A stretch of 64,000 bases of DNA from an uncultured Elusimicrobiales bacterium (GCA_944324115.1 CALUVB010000010.1:11002-75001); one strand, 5' to 3'. Shown: positions 1-10,316, counted from the stretch's first letter. The notes: generated by a model from the letters alone, not told the origin. A program made the numbers and translations.

Positions 1-546
1 TCTTTGGTCAAAAAAGTGACCACTGCGCTGGGATTGGATATTTTCCCTGAGCCAAATGAAGAAAACAAAGGGAAAATTACGTTCTCTTCCGGCTCTGGCA
101 CATATAACTTTACAAACGGTTTGATGACGGTGCAGGAAACTCATTTTGATTCCGCCGTCAGCAATATTGAAGCTTCCGGCAACATCAATTTCAAAACGGA
201 AGAACTGGATATGCGGGTAACAGCCAGCGTACTGACAGACCAAACCCCCGTTGTCATTAAAATAGGGGGCACATTGAACGATCCTTCCGGCAAACTAGAC
301 GTTGCCGGAACGGCCACTTCCTTGGTAAAAGGCCTGCTCAATCCCAAAACGGCCGCTGACGCCGTAACAGGCACCGGTAATGCCGCCAAAGCAGTAGTAA
401 GCAAAACGGCTGATGTGGGAGCTAATGTAGTAGATGTGGGAACCAACGCCGTAAAGGATACAGTTGGCGCAGCTTCAAATGTAGTCAAAGGTATTTCTTC
501 TCTATTTAAAAGCAAAGACAAAGACACCGCTCAAGAAAAGAAATAA
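1..546 (+). CDS. AsmA-like C-terminal region protein (5' truncated by window edge)
   Basis: Frame open from base 1. The beta-rich tail (GLMTVQETHFDSAVSNIEASGNINFKTEELDMRV...VIKIGGTLNDPSGKLD) resembles AsmA/YhdP C-termini. Followed by a hairpin. Confidence 0.6.
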   Translation, partial: SLVKKVTTALGLDIFPEPNEENKGKITFSSGSGTYNFTNGLMTVQETHFDSAVSNIEASGNINFKTEELDMRVTASVLTDQTPVVIKIGGTLNDPSGKLDVAGTATSLVKGLLNPKTAADAVTGTGNAAKAVVSKTADVGANVVDVGTNAVKDTVGAASNVVKGISSLFKSKDKDTAQEKK

Positions 547-552
547 TCAGCA

Positions 553-586
553 AGCCAAGGCCCCTGCAGGGGCCTTGGCTATTTTA
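553..586 (+). terminator. Perfect 28-bp palindrome, intrinsic terminator-like
   Basis: agccaaggcccc-tgca-ggggccttggct at 553-580, followed by atttt, 7 nt after the stop codon. Confidence 0.75.
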
Positions 587-830
587 TGAAGTTTCGCTCC
601 AGACAGCGCCGGCTTGGCCTCCTGCAGGTCAAACCGGGGGAAAAGCATATTGGATAAAGTTACAAGGGATTGGTATTCTCTTACTATTTGTTTTAACTCG
701 CTTCAGCAGCATATTTTGTTCATACAAAAGATCCACACCCCGTATTGCGCACTATTGCCTGCCCTATAATATTCCTCATTTTTTTACCCGCAGGATTTGC
801 AGGCCTGTTTTGGTGCAGAAAATCTAGTAG

Positions 831-872
831 AAAAAAAAATACCGCTTTCTTTGGTATACAAGAAAGCGGTAT
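831..872 (-). terminator. Intrinsic terminator of the 932-1588 gene
   Basis: 13-bp stem ATACCGCTTTCTT/AAGAAAGCGGTAT with an 8-nt loop, followed by a T-run on the minus strand. Confidence 0.75.
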
Positions 873-931
873 GTTAAAAATATTTCGTTGCTGAAACGGA
901 AATATTCTCTACTAAAAATTAGACTACTTTA

Positions 932-1588
932 TTAATGCTTAAGTTGATCTTCCAAAGAAGGTCTTTCAACATAAGTAATTTCCGACCAATCCGTAAGCAA
1001 ATAAGCCTTCAGCCCCGTACCGTCTGCCTCCGGCCCCGGCACCTGCTGCCAGTTAAGCTTGGAAGAAAGAGTCCCCGCCGCTGAGGTAGCAGGGGTATTT
1101 AAGACAGCAGTATCCGTAATTTCCATGGTGCGGAAATTAGCCGCTTGGGTTGTAATAGGATTGCTATGCACCATAGCCGCTTCTCCCGTTTCTTTTCCGC
1201 CATCGTCTACCAATATGCGCTGGGGAGAAGTATTGCGCGCTTGCAAGCGGCCGCCTCTAAAATCAGCCGTACTGCCGATATGAATGGGGCCCAATCCCAG
1301 TTGCACGACAAATTCCTTCACATTGCCGCCCAATGTGGCATGAGGACGGACCAAGAGCTGGCTGGCTTGCACGGGATAGGTATCCGTTCCAGAAACGGAA
1401 ATAGTACCCAAAGAAGATTGGGTATTGCAAAAATTCAAATGATATATTTCGGCAGGCTCATCTTCCACAATCTCTACTGTTGAAAAACTGCCCACCGGCT
1501 GAGAAAGCAATGTCACAAAAGACATTTCTTCGGCGCATAATACCCCGCTTGTCAAAATCAAAACCGCTCCAAGACAAAAAGATTTCAT
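932..1588 (-). CDS. Hypothetical secreted protein
   Basis: Signal peptide (MKSFCLGAVLILTSGVLCA), RBS gaggtgag, upstream TTGACT-N18-TATAGT, own terminator. Confidence 0.75.
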   Translation of the reverse strand: MKSFCLGAVLILTSGVLCAEEMSFVTLLSQPVGSFSTVEIVEDEPAEIYHLNFCNTQSSLGTISVSGTDTYPVQASQLLVRPHATLGGNVKEFVVQLGLGPIHIGSTADFRGGRLQARNTSPQRILVDDGGKETGEAAMVHSNPITTQAANFRTMEITDTAVLNTPATSAAGTLSSKLNWQQVPGPEADGTGLKAYLLTDWSEITYVERPSLEDQLKH

Positions 1589-1816
1589 ATCCTCACCTCA
1601 TTTATTTAGGGAAACCCTGTTTTTTCACTATACATTAAGCATAAGCCATAAGTCAAGAAAATACAAGTGTTTCACTGCTTAAAAATAGAAGGGCCCATTC
1701 CACTCCAAAAACTCATCTTAACGTACTGTCCGCAGGTTTCTTTTTAAACAATATTCCCATCGAAAGCCACCCCTTTTATTACGCCCTAAAAAATTATTTT
1801 CTCACCTCATAAACAT

Positions 1817-1842
1817 AAAAAAACCGCCCGCAGGCGGTTTTT
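1817..1842 (-). terminator. Intrinsic terminator
   Basis: AAAAACCGCC-cgca-GGCGGTTTTT immediately after the stop of 1846-2316. Confidence 0.75.
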
Positions 1843-1845
1843 GTT

Positions 1846-2316
1846 TTATAACTGGTCCAGAGGTTTTTCTTCCAAACTCTGCGCCATTTTGGCGAACAAT
1901 TCTTTAATTTGCTTAATTTTATCCACCGGCAGACGAATGCCTTTCTTTGTCCAGCCTTTATAACTCTCATCTTCCTGCCATTGGCGGAAATCCAGCCCGC
2001 GCGTTCCTTTAAAACTGCTTACCCGCACCACCACCGACATGCCGGGCCGTTTGGCGAACTTGCCCAACTCCACGTCCGTCAGCTGTGCGGGGTCGTCTGG
2101 CAATGCCGCCAACAAAGGCGCCACCGCTTTTACAATCTCAGGTGTCATGGTAATGCCTGCGCGCGTTGCTCCGGTATAAGCGCCAGAAGTCAAGTATTTA
2201 CGTATAGAAGCATAACGATAACCACGATACGCATCAATGGAAAATCGGATTTCGCTGCTTTCATCTAATACCAAAACACCAATATTATTAAGTACCGCAA
2301 AACTACTTTCTGCCAT
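1846..2316 (-). CDS. Tandem PC4/YdbC-like ssDNA-binding domain protein
   Basis: Two PC4-like motifs: YRGYRYASIRKY...TRAGITM and FKGTRGLDFRQW...TKKGIRL. RBS ggagg. Confidence 0.7.
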   Translation of the reverse strand: MAESSFAVLNNIGVLVLDESSEIRFSIDAYRGYRYASIRKYLTSGAYTGATRAGITMTPEIVKAVAPLLAALPDDPAQLTDVELGKFAKRPGMSVVVRVSSFKGTRGLDFRQWQEDESYKGWTKKGIRLPVDKIKQIKELFAKMAQSLEEKPLDQL

Positions 2317-2473
2317 AAAAAATCCTCCGCCTTAAAAGGCCCGTGTAGTCCATGACAAAATATGCTATGATAAGGGGGCCCGCTTATATTGTAACGATTT
2401 ACAGCCGGCAAACGCAAGCAGTTTTTGTATAATAAATATAATACTTTTCAATATCATATATCAGAGGTCAGCT

Positions 2474-4786
2474 ATGTTAGATGGTCAGTCATTAATAGGC
2501 AAAGAAATCTCCGGCTGCGAAATTCTGACAAAAGTAGCAGAAGGCGGAATGGGGGCCGTATTCAAAGCCCGGCATAAAGCACTCAACCGCATTGTTTGCG
2601 TTAAAATTTTAAGTCCCGCCTTAGCAAATGATAAAAAAGCCGTTACGCTTTTTCTGACCGAAGCCCGCGCTATTGCAGAGCTGGACCACCCAAATATCGT
2701 CAATGTTTACAACGTAGGCAAAGAGCAAGGCTACTATTTTATCGTCATGTCCTTTGTAGAAGGGCAGACCCTTTCCGCCATGCTGAAAAAAGAGCGCATT
2801 TTGCCTATTGGCCGGGTACTGGATTTGTTTGACGGAGTGCTTAAAGGGCTTTCCGTCGCTCACGAAAAAGGCATTATTCACCGGGATATCAAGCCTTCCA
2901 ATATTTTAATCACCCCGGAAGGCCGCCCCAAGATTGTGGATTTTGGTATTGCCAAAAAAGTAGATAAAGAAAAAGGCTCCACCAAAACGACAGAACTGGC
3001 TGGTACGGCTTACTTTATTGCGCCGGAGCAGGCATTGGGCAAAGACATAGACACCAGGGCAGATCTCTATTCCATTGGTGCCAGTATGTATTATGTGCTG
3101 ACGGGTCATTTTCCCTATAATGGTAAAAACACCATTGAAATCATTCAAAAACACATCAACGAACCGGTACCCAATCCATCTAAATTGCGTACGGATTTGC
3201 CGGGTTGGCTCTCTTTGGCTATACAAAAACTCATGAGCAAAAACCCAGACGACCGTTTCCAAACCGCAAAAGAAGTGTATACCTATTTCAATAAAATGCG
3301 CGCAGAGGAACAGCTGCGCGTCAAAACCATGCACGGCCGCGCCGCGATTGATTTGGGGATAGAAAGTTCTCTCAGAATCGTCAACGAAGAAAAACACAGC
3401 ACGGACACCTTGCGCCAAATGAGCGGGGAGGATTTTTACCGGGCTCTTTCCCAGCGTAACACCAAACCCGGGCATAAAACGCCCACCCAAATGCCGCAAT
3501 TAGATGATTTGACGGAAGGAGCCAACAATCCCATGCCAAAATCCGCTCCTCCGCCGGCGCCTACCCAAGAGCTGGTGCCTCCGCGCCCCGTTAAAAAGAC
3601 CACTGTCCCGTCTTCAACATCTGCCGCTTTGGCAGCAATCAAAGCTGGACAACAGATGAAGATGATTGGGCAGCTGTTCGTTTTGCTTCCTTTGTTTTTG
3701 TTATTTGCCGTGCTATGCAGTTATATTTTCTTCCGTTTCGGAAAAATCTGCTCCATATATGTGTCCGAAACACAAGGTTTTCTCTCCAACATTTTGGCTC
3801 CGCTTACTTCAGGCAAAATGAGCGCAAGCCAACTGCTTTATGGGGCACTGTCTTTGGTGGCGTTGTGCAGCATTTTTGTCATATCCGCCGTAAGAGCCTA
3901 CGCCAAAACTACAGCTATTATGCTGGCTTTGGCGGTAGCTTCTTATTTGGCGGGCATGTTTACGCCCGACGTGCCATTCTTCAATACGCAAAATATGGCA
4001 GAATACCTCTTTTCCGCGGAGTATTACTTATGCTATCTGCTGGTAGCCGCTGCCTGGGTTATTTCTCTGTGTTGGCGTTTGGACCGCACCTGGCCGGAAC
4101 GTATTTTGGGAACGGCCTTGATTGTCCTGTCTGCCGTTTTGGTATTTAGAGGAACGGCCTTAACTATTCCGCCGGATTTGAGCAGTATGGCAACTAAACT
4201 GTTATTTGCCGGGGCCGTGCTGTTTGCCATCTTGGCTATATATTATTTGGCCGCCAAAGCGGAGCATAGTATTATTTTGCCTTCTATCTGTTTCTTGCTC
4301 AGTTTGGGTTGCTTTTGGTTTTACAATGTATCCGGTTTAGCCAACCATGCCCAAACGACACTTAACACCTTGGCCGAAACCATACCCATGGAAGCACCCA
4401 CCCAGCAACAAGTGCAAGCCATGCAGCAGGAAGAATTCTTAGGCATATCCCGCCCGAATCTTTTCAGCTCTTTTGCCGAGAGTAAAGCGGTGAACTATAT
4501 GTCTGAAGAAGAAAAATATAAGACATTAGACGAAGCTATCGTGAAATATGCAGATCCCTTCATTGCTCCGGAGCAACGGCCTTTGTTTATTCAATTGCTC
4601 AGCAGTTATTATTTGAGCGGTTCTAATAAAGTGGCATTTAAAATATGGGACTTCTCTGTCAGTTATCCATTGAACAATTTCAATCGTAACGCACAAGATA
4701 ACAACGCTTATTCTTTCTTAGTATTGGTACTGTTTATCTTGGCCGGTTTAAACTGTGCAGGTGGAATTCTGTTTAAAGAGGACTAA
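2474..4786 (+). CDS. Hanks-type Ser/Thr protein kinase with multi-pass membrane C-terminus
   Basis: EGGMG, VCVK, HRDIKPSN, DFG and APEQ motifs, a Pro-rich linker, then roughly 8-9 hydrophobic segments. Confidence 0.93.
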   Translation: MLDGQSLIGKEISGCEILTKVAEGGMGAVFKARHKALNRIVCVKILSPALANDKKAVTLFLTEARAIAELDHPNIVNVYNVGKEQGYYFIVMSFVEGQTLSAMLKKERILPIGRVLDLFDGVLKGLSVAHEKGIIHRDIKPSNILITPEGRPKIVDFGIAKKVDKEKGSTKTTELAGTAYFIAPEQALGKDIDTRADLYSIGASMYYVLTGHFPYNGKNTIEIIQKHINEPVPNPSKLRTDLPGWLSLAIQKLMSKNPDDRFQTAKEVYTYFNKMRAEEQLRVKTMHGRAAIDLGIESSLRIVNEEKHSTDTLRQMSGEDFYRALSQRNTKPGHKTPTQMPQLDDLTEGANNPMPKSAPPPAPTQELVPPRPVKKTTVPSSTSAALAAIKAGQQMKMIGQLFVLLPLFLLFAVLCSYIFFRFGKICSIYVSETQGFLSNILAPLTSGKMSASQLLYGALSLVALCSIFVISAVRAYAKTTAIMLALAVASYLAGMFTPDVPFFNTQNMAEYLFSAEYYLCYLLVAAAWVISLCWRLDRTWPERILGTALIVLSAVLVFRGTALTIPPDLSSMATKLLFAGAVLFAILAIYYLAAKAEHSIILPSICFLLSLGCFWFYNVSGLANHAQTTLNTLAETIPMEAPTQQQVQAMQQEEFLGISRPNLFSSFAESKAVNYMSEEEKYKTLDEAIVKYADPFIAPEQRPLFIQLLSSYYLSGSNKVAFKIWDFSVSYPLNNFNRNAQDNNAYSFLVLVLFILAGLNCAGGILFKED

Positions 4787-4792
4787 AAAAAC

Positions 4793-5614
4793 ATGAGCAC
4801 TTTTGATATTGAATTTGCCGCCGTCACAGATATAGGTAAAATCCGGGAAAAGAATGAAGACAATGTCCTCATTTCCTCCGATTTAGGCTTAGGGGTTGTC
4901 GCAGACGGAATGGGCGGACACAGCGCGGGAGAAATAGCCAGCAGTATTGCTGTATCCGTGCTGGCCGAGACCATACGGAAAATTAATATGGGGGCGCTTA
5001 AAATACCAGATACATTTTTGCCTAAACTGGCCCCCACGGAACGCAAACTGCTGATGGCGGCCAATCTTTCTAATGCCGCCATTTATTCCACGGCACAGTC
5101 TTCCGATATATATAAAATGATGGGAACAACCTTGACCGGAGTCTTGTTTGATAAAGACTGCGCTATCGCAGTGCATGTGGGGGATTCACGCATTTACCTT
5201 TACCGGGACAATAAAATTGTTCAAATTACCACCGACCACTCCCTCGCCATGGAACATGTGAGAAGGGGGCTTTTGTCTAAAGCAGACGCAGACAAAAGCA
5301 AAATTCAAAATGTTTTAACGCGGGCGATGGGAATTAAGAAAAACATAGAATTTGACTTGTTGAAGTTTCCCGTTCATGCGGGAGATGTATTGGTGTTGTG
5401 CTCAGACGGCCTTTACAAAGGCCTGACGGAGCAGGCTATTGGCGAAATATTGGCCAAAGACAAAGATATGCCCATTGTGAAACTTTGCAAACATTTGGTG
5501 CGCATATCCAATGAACGTGACGGGCAAGACAATATTTCAGCCGTAGTAATTAAGATTCTGCCGCCTAAAAAGCTTTCTTTTGGGCAACGGGTGCGCCGTT
5601 TCTTTACCAAATAG
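4793..5614 (+). CDS. PP2C-family (Stp1/PrpC) Ser/Thr phosphatase
   Basis: TDIGKIREKNED, VADGMGGH, HVGDSR, CSDGL and DN motifs; 6 bp after the kinase. Confidence 0.95.
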   Translation: MSTFDIEFAAVTDIGKIREKNEDNVLISSDLGLGVVADGMGGHSAGEIASSIAVSVLAETIRKINMGALKIPDTFLPKLAPTERKLLMAANLSNAAIYSTAQSSDIYKMMGTTLTGVLFDKDCAIAVHVGDSRIYLYRDNKIVQITTDHSLAMEHVRRGLLSKADADKSKIQNVLTRAMGIKKNIEFDLLKFPVHAGDVLVLCSDGLYKGLTEQAIGEILAKDKDMPIVKLCKHLVRISNERDGQDNISAVVIKILPPKKLSFGQRVRRFFTK

Positions 5615-5638
5615 AGCTTCTGACCAAATATATTTGCA

Positions 5639-5668
5639 GACCGGAGCGCTTGAAAGCTCCGGTCTTTC
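5639..5668 (+). terminator. Terminator of the kinase-phosphatase operon
   Basis: GACCGGAGC-N8-GCTCCGGTC followed by tttct. Confidence 0.65.
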
Positions 5669-6063
5669 TATATACTCAAATTGCCGGCTCTCATACACAG
5701 CGCCGCTCCATGTGGGGGCGTCTAGTAACTAAGCGGCTTTTCTCAATCAAACGAGGCCACAAGGCTTCTGACTGTATACTAACACAACCAGCCCCTTCAA
5801 CGAGGGAAGGGGAGAAATTAACCTGCCTTTTTGTCCCAGATTTACCCATTATTTACGCATGAAAACATAAAAGATGTGTCATTTGAGCCCACTTTTTTCG
5901 GGAATTATATTTAAAAATCTGCCTTTGCTTTTCCTACTCCTTTGCTTGCCAAGGGCGTTTATTTTATACTATTTCCAATTAAAACCACTCTATATTTACG
6001 TCTGAGAATTCAGTGCGCTGCTCATCAGCGGCAAAATTCTTTTTTAGCAATCATGGCAAAGTA

Positions 6064-6092
6064 TTGACAATTATCTTTTTTTATGCTAAATT
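6064..6092 (+). promoter_or_regulatory. Sigma70 promoter of groESL
   Basis: TTGACA (6064-6069), 17-bp spacer, extended -10 TGc-TAAATT (6087-6092). Confidence 0.8.
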
Positions 6093-6117
6093 AGCATTAA
6101 TCCCGCTGGAGTGCTAG
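6091..6117 (+). promoter_or_regulatory. CIRCE element (HrcA operator)
   Basis: TTAGCATTA-N9-GAGTGCTAG versus consensus TTAGCACTC-N9-GAGTGCTAA, directly upstream of groES. Confidence 0.85.
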
Positions 6118-6164
6118 TTTAATATCCGGCGGAAACAATTCTAAAAACTAAGGAGTGGGTGAAT

Positions 6165-6458
6165 ATGAGCGATGTAAAAATTAAGCCTCTTGGCGACAGA
6201 TTAATCGTCAAGCCGATTGAACGTGAAACCATGAAAGGCGGCATTATCATTCCTGATACCGCCAAAGAAAAACCCATGGAGGGGGAAGTGTTAGCTGCAG
6301 GACCGGGAAAACTTGACGATAAAGGCAACCGCATGCCTATGGACGTCAAAAAAGGCGACCGGGTGCTTTACGGCAAATATTCCGGTACGGAAATCAAATT
6401 AGACGATGAAACTTATTTGATTATTCACCAAGATGAAATTCTGGGTATTTTAGGGTAA
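6165..6458 (+). CDS. groES: Co-chaperonin GroES
   Basis: [24 protein letters not shown] and KYSGTE motifs. RBS aaggag favours the ATG at 6165. Confidence 0.98.
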   Translation: MSDVKIKPLGDRLIVKPIERETMKGGIIIPDTAKEKPMEGEVLAAGPGKLDDKGNRMPMDVKKGDRVLYGKYSGTEIKLDDETYLIIHQDEILGILG

Positions 6459-6476
6459 AAAGAGGAGAAAATTTAT

Positions 6477-8114
6477 ATGGCAAAACAAATTGTTTTCGGC
6501 GATGAATCCCGCGCCAAAATGAAAGCCGGCATTGAAAAAGTAGCCAATGCCGTAAAAGTAACTTTGGGTCCTAAGGGCCGCAGCGTTGTGCTGGAAAAGA
6601 AATTCGGCTCTCCGCTTATTATTGATGACGGCGTGACGATTGCTAAAGATATTGAGCTGGAAGATAAATTTGAAAATATGGGCGCCCAGCTTATCCGTGA
6701 AGTGGCCGCCAAAACCAACGACGTCGCCGGTGACGGCACCACCACCGCAACCGTATTGGCTGATGCATTGCTTAAAGAAGGAATCAAAAATATTACGGCC
6801 GGCGCCAACCCGACCTTGGTGAAAAAAGGCATTGAAATGGCGGTCAGCACCGTAAAAGAAGAATTGGCCAAAATGCAGAAACCGGTCAAGACCAAAGAGG
6901 AAAAAGCGCAAATTGCCACTATTTCTTCTAACGACCGTGTCATTGGCGAACTGATTGCCGAAGCAATGGAAAGAGTAGGCCACGAAGGCGTAATCACAGT
7001 AGAAGAAGGTAAAAGCGCCGAAACCAAACTAGACGTGGTGGAAGGCATGCAATTTGACCGCGGATACATCTCCCCGTATTTTGTAACCGACCCGGAAAGA
7101 ATGGAATGCGTCTTGGAGAATGCCTATATCATTATCACGGACAAGAAAATTTCCTCTATGAATGACTTGTTGCCGATTCTGGAAAAAATCGTACAGAGCG
7201 GCCGCCCGTTCTTGATTGTAGCAGAAGATGTAGACGGAGAAGCGCTGGCTACGTTGGTGGTCAACAAGTTGCGTGGTACGCTTAAAGGCTGCGCGGTCAA
7301 AGCCCCCGGCTTTGGAGACAGACGCAAAGAAATGTTGCAGGACATCGCCACGCTGACTGGCGGCGAAGTCATCAGCGAAGAACGCGGCATGAAGCTTGAT
7401 AAAGCCGAAATCACCATGCTTGGCCAGGCTGACCGCATCGTAGTGGACAAAGAGAATACCACCATCGTCAGCGGCAAAGGCGACAAAACCGCTATCGCCC
7501 AGCGCGCCGACCAAATCCGCAAACAGATTGAAAACTCCACCAGCGATTACGACAAAGAAAAATTACAGGAACGCTTGGCGAAACTCTCCGGCGGGGTAGC
7601 CGTTATCAGCGTCGGTGCAGCCACCGAAACGGAAATGAAAGCCAAAAAAGCCAAAGTGGAAGACGCCAAAAACGCCACGAAAGCCGGTGTGGAAGAAGGC
7701 CTCGTTCCGGGAGGCGGTGTAGCATTGGCCCGCTGCCAAAAAGTCTTGGACTCTTTGAAAGCAGACAATGAAGACATTAAAACGGGTATTGCCATCGTGC
7801 GCAAAGCTCTTACGGCGCCGTTGCGTCAGATTGCGGTCAATGCAGGTTTAGACGGCGCGGTCGTGGTGGACAAAGTATTATCCATGAAAGGCCAAGCTGA
7901 CGGTTTTGATGCCGAAAACGGCACCTATGGAGACCTGTTGAAAGCCGGCGTAGTGGACCCGGCAAAAGTGGTCCGCACCGCATTAGAAAATGCGGCTTCT
8001 ATCGCCGCTACGGTACTGCTCACTGAAGCTTTGGTGGCAGATGCACCGGAAAAAGAACATTCCCACGGCCCGGCAGCCATGCCAGGTATGGGGGGAATGG
8101 GCGGCATGATGTAA
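6477..8114 (+). CDS. groEL: Chaperonin GroEL
   Basis: [24 protein letters not shown] motifs and the GGM-rich tail. Confidence 0.99.
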   Translation: MAKQIVFGDESRAKMKAGIEKVANAVKVTLGPKGRSVVLEKKFGSPLIIDDGVTIAKDIELEDKFENMGAQLIREVAAKTNDVAGDGTTTATVLADALLKEGIKNITAGANPTLVKKGIEMAVSTVKEELAKMQKPVKTKEEKAQIATISSNDRVIGELIAEAMERVGHEGVITVEEGKSAETKLDVVEGMQFDRGYISPYFVTDPERMECVLENAYIIITDKKISSMNDLLPILEKIVQSGRPFLIVAEDVDGEALATLVVNKLRGTLKGCAVKAPGFGDRRKEMLQDIATLTGGEVISEERGMKLDKAEITMLGQADRIVVDKENTTIVSGKGDKTAIAQRADQIRKQIENSTSDYDKEKLQERLAKLSGGVAVISVGAATETEMKAKKAKVEDAKNATKAGVEEGLVPGGGVALARCQKVLDSLKADNEDIKTGIAIVRKALTAPLRQIAVNAGLDGAVVVDKVLSMKGQADGFDAENGTYGDLLKAGVVDPAKVVRTALENAASIAATVLLTEALVADAPEKEHSHGPAAMPGMGGMGGMM

Positions 8115-8132
8115 TTTAACCCGCACTAGACC

Positions 8133-8159
8133 AAAACCCCGCCGAGAGGCGGGGTTTTT
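8133..8159 (+). terminator. groESL terminator
   Basis: AAAACCCCGCC-gaga-GGCGGGGTTTTT. Confidence 0.85.
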
Positions 8160-8500
8160 CTGTTTACAACACATACAGGGAATAAAACGATAAGATGGCG
8201 CGAAACGAAACTGCGCTTTCCGTCCACGCCGCTTTTTCTTTCTGTCCTTTTATAATATCCTTGCAGCAGTCGGCATTTTAACCATCAAAAGCAGCCCAGA
8301 AACCCGTTTACTCCGCAAGTTCCAAATGGCAGCTGGAACAAGGGCTAGGAGCCTGACTTTCAGCATGAAGCCGCAGCCGCCACAAAAAGAAACGGAGGCC
8401 CGCATTTTTCAAAACGCCGCTTTATTGACCGGAAAATCTCCCCTTGAAGGTATGCTCAAAAGGTGTTATACTATAGAAAATGCCGCAAAAGGACTAAATT

Positions 8501-9370
8501 ATGAAAAGATTAATCTCATTTATGTTAGTATGCAGCTTGGCTGCATCTGTTGCTTATGCCCTAGAAACGGACAAACTGGAACAGGTGGTAAAAGAAAAAA
8601 CCGCCGAAATCAAGACATCCTATCCTTCCAATTTCTCTAAAGAGGAAGGGGTTTTGATGTTGTCTATAAAAACGGAAGAAATCAGAAACATAGAAGATAT
8701 TGATATGTCCGGCGAGACCGCTTTTTTTACTAAAAGCTATTCCTACCGCTGCCCGGCTGTAAAAGTATATAATAACTGGTTGCTGGCCAGCGCTTCCTGC
8801 GTACACGCCACCAGAGGAGCTTACAAACATTTTACATTAGATGGTTATGAAATAGATGCTTCTCAAATCATAGGATTAGAGGACTATTCCTCTTCCGTCG
8901 TAGCTATTTTCGTGCCCCACAAAGAAAATTCCCGCTTGGTGCATACCTTGAGCGCCATGCCGCAAGCCAATATCATGATCCTTTCCGACACAGCAACGGC
9001 CCAGGATATAACGAATTTAAACAACTTCTATATCAACCGCCAGCGCCTCAGCGGCATCGGGCGCACCACAGCAGAAGTAAAGCCGGATTTGCAATGTGAG
9101 CAGGACAAATGTGTATTGACGCTGGAAAATAAGTTTATTAACGGCGATTATGGAGACCCGCTTTTCAGCGTATCGGAAAATGGCCAAGAATTTTTGCTCG
9201 GCTTCAACGTCAGCAATCAAGGTTTCTCCGGTCGTTCGGGCTGCCAATACGCCCTGTTTACCGACAAAGACCTGCAAGCAATCCAAAAAGCCATTTCAAC
9301 CACGACACCCCGCTTTTGGCCAGAGATAAAACGGAAAATCGTAGATGAAAAGTTTTTAGCTTCACATTAA
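8501..9370 (+). CDS. Secreted protein, probable catalytically degenerate trypsin-like (S1) fold
   Basis: Signal peptide. CPAVKVYNNWLLASASC resembles CxxxLIxxxWVLTAAHC, and GDYGDPLF resembles GDSGGPL. Confidence 0.6.
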   Translation: MKRLISFMLVCSLAASVAYALETDKLEQVVKEKTAEIKTSYPSNFSKEEGVLMLSIKTEEIRNIEDIDMSGETAFFTKSYSYRCPAVKVYNNWLLASASCVHATRGAYKHFTLDGYEIDASQIIGLEDYSSSVVAIFVPHKENSRLVHTLSAMPQANIMILSDTATAQDITNLNNFYINRQRLSGIGRTTAEVKPDLQCEQDKCVLTLENKFINGDYGDPLFSVSENGQEFLLGFNVSNQGFSGRSGCQYALFTDKDLQAIQKAISTTTPRFWPEIKRKIVDEKFLASH

Positions 9371-9374
9371 ACAC

Positions 9375-9398
9375 AACCCCCGGTTAAACCGGGGGTTT
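9375..9398 (+). terminator. Intrinsic terminator
   Basis: AACCCCCGGT-taa-ACCGGGGGTTT. Confidence 0.75.
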
Positions 9399-9593
9399 AT
9401 TATGGGGCGCGCACCCAAATTTTCAAGAAAGAACCAAACCGCCATAACTTTGACCGGGGTTATTTCGGAGCGCTTTCTAACATTCTTAAAAAACTAATTA
9501 CTTTTATAATAAACGAAAAAGGAAAAGAGAATTCAATTAGCCGTTCAAATTTTATAAAATAAATATATATTAAATATACGGAGGTAAACACTT

Positions 9594-10316
9594 ATGGCAA
9601 GCGGCAATCCGCTTTTTAACGAAAAGGCCTACCAACAGGCCATGAACCGCACCGAAGCAGCCATGACTCTGCAAGGCACTATCAATAAGACTTTTTTTCT
9701 GCTGTTGTTATGTGCCATAGCAGGTATGATTGCTTTCAATCGCCCGGCGCTCACTGCATTTATGTGGCCGGTAACGATACTAACTTTTGTTATAGCCTTG
9801 ATTGTTATTTTCAGCAAAAGGACCGCCCCGATATTGGCCCCGGTATATGCACTGGGGGAAGGATTTGTGTTGGGGGGAATTTCTGCTATCTATAATGCCC
9901 AATACCAAGGCATCGTGTTCCAAGCCGTTGCCATTACGCTGCTGGTATTTTTTACCATGTTGTTCTTGTACAAAACAAGAATCATTAAAGTTACCCGCGG
10001 ATTGGCAATAGGCATTGTCTCCGCCACAAGCGCCATCGCCTTATTTTATGTCATTTCGTTTGTTCTGATGCTTTTCGGAGTCAATGTAAGCTATTTCTCC
10101 AGCACCAGTTTACTCAGTATTGGCATTAATGTTGTGATTTGCGGCGTAGCAGCATTCAACTTCTTGCTGGATTTTCATTTTATAGACGAGCTGACCTCTC
10201 AGGTATCAGCCCCCAAATACATGGAATGGTATGCGGGCTTCTCTCTGTTGGTCACTCTGGTATGGTTGTATTTGGAAATTCTCAGATTGTTGGGCCGGGT
10301 GAACAGCCGCAACTAA
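9594..10316 (+). CDS. Bax inhibitor-1/YccA family membrane protein
   Basis: About 7 TM helices, N-terminal MTLQGTINKT, C-terminal YMEWY...LLVTLVWLYLEILRLL. RBS ggaggt. Confidence 0.9.
   Translation: MASGNPLFNEKAYQQAMNRTEAAMTLQGTINKTFFLLLLCAIAGMIAFNRPALTAFMWPVTILTFVIALIVIFSKRTAPILAPVYALGEGFVLGGISAIYNAQYQGIVFQAVAITLLVFFTMLFLYKTRIIKVTRGLAIGIVSATSAIALFYVISFVLMLFGVNVSYFSSTSLLSIGINVVICGVAAFNFLLDFHFIDELTSQVSAPKYMEWYAGFSLLVTLVWLYLEILRLLGRVNSRN

Noticed and set aside
547-723. Minus-strand frame MNKICC*SELKQIVREYQ... with one in-frame TGA (possible selenoprotein or readthrough)
   Set aside because: No recognisable SECIS or family motif, and it runs through the neighbouring terminator; chance or a decayed remnant.
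5670-5900. Possible ncRNA (6S-like) upstream of groES
   Set aside because: Only short local hairpins; no long rod structure or known motif recognised.
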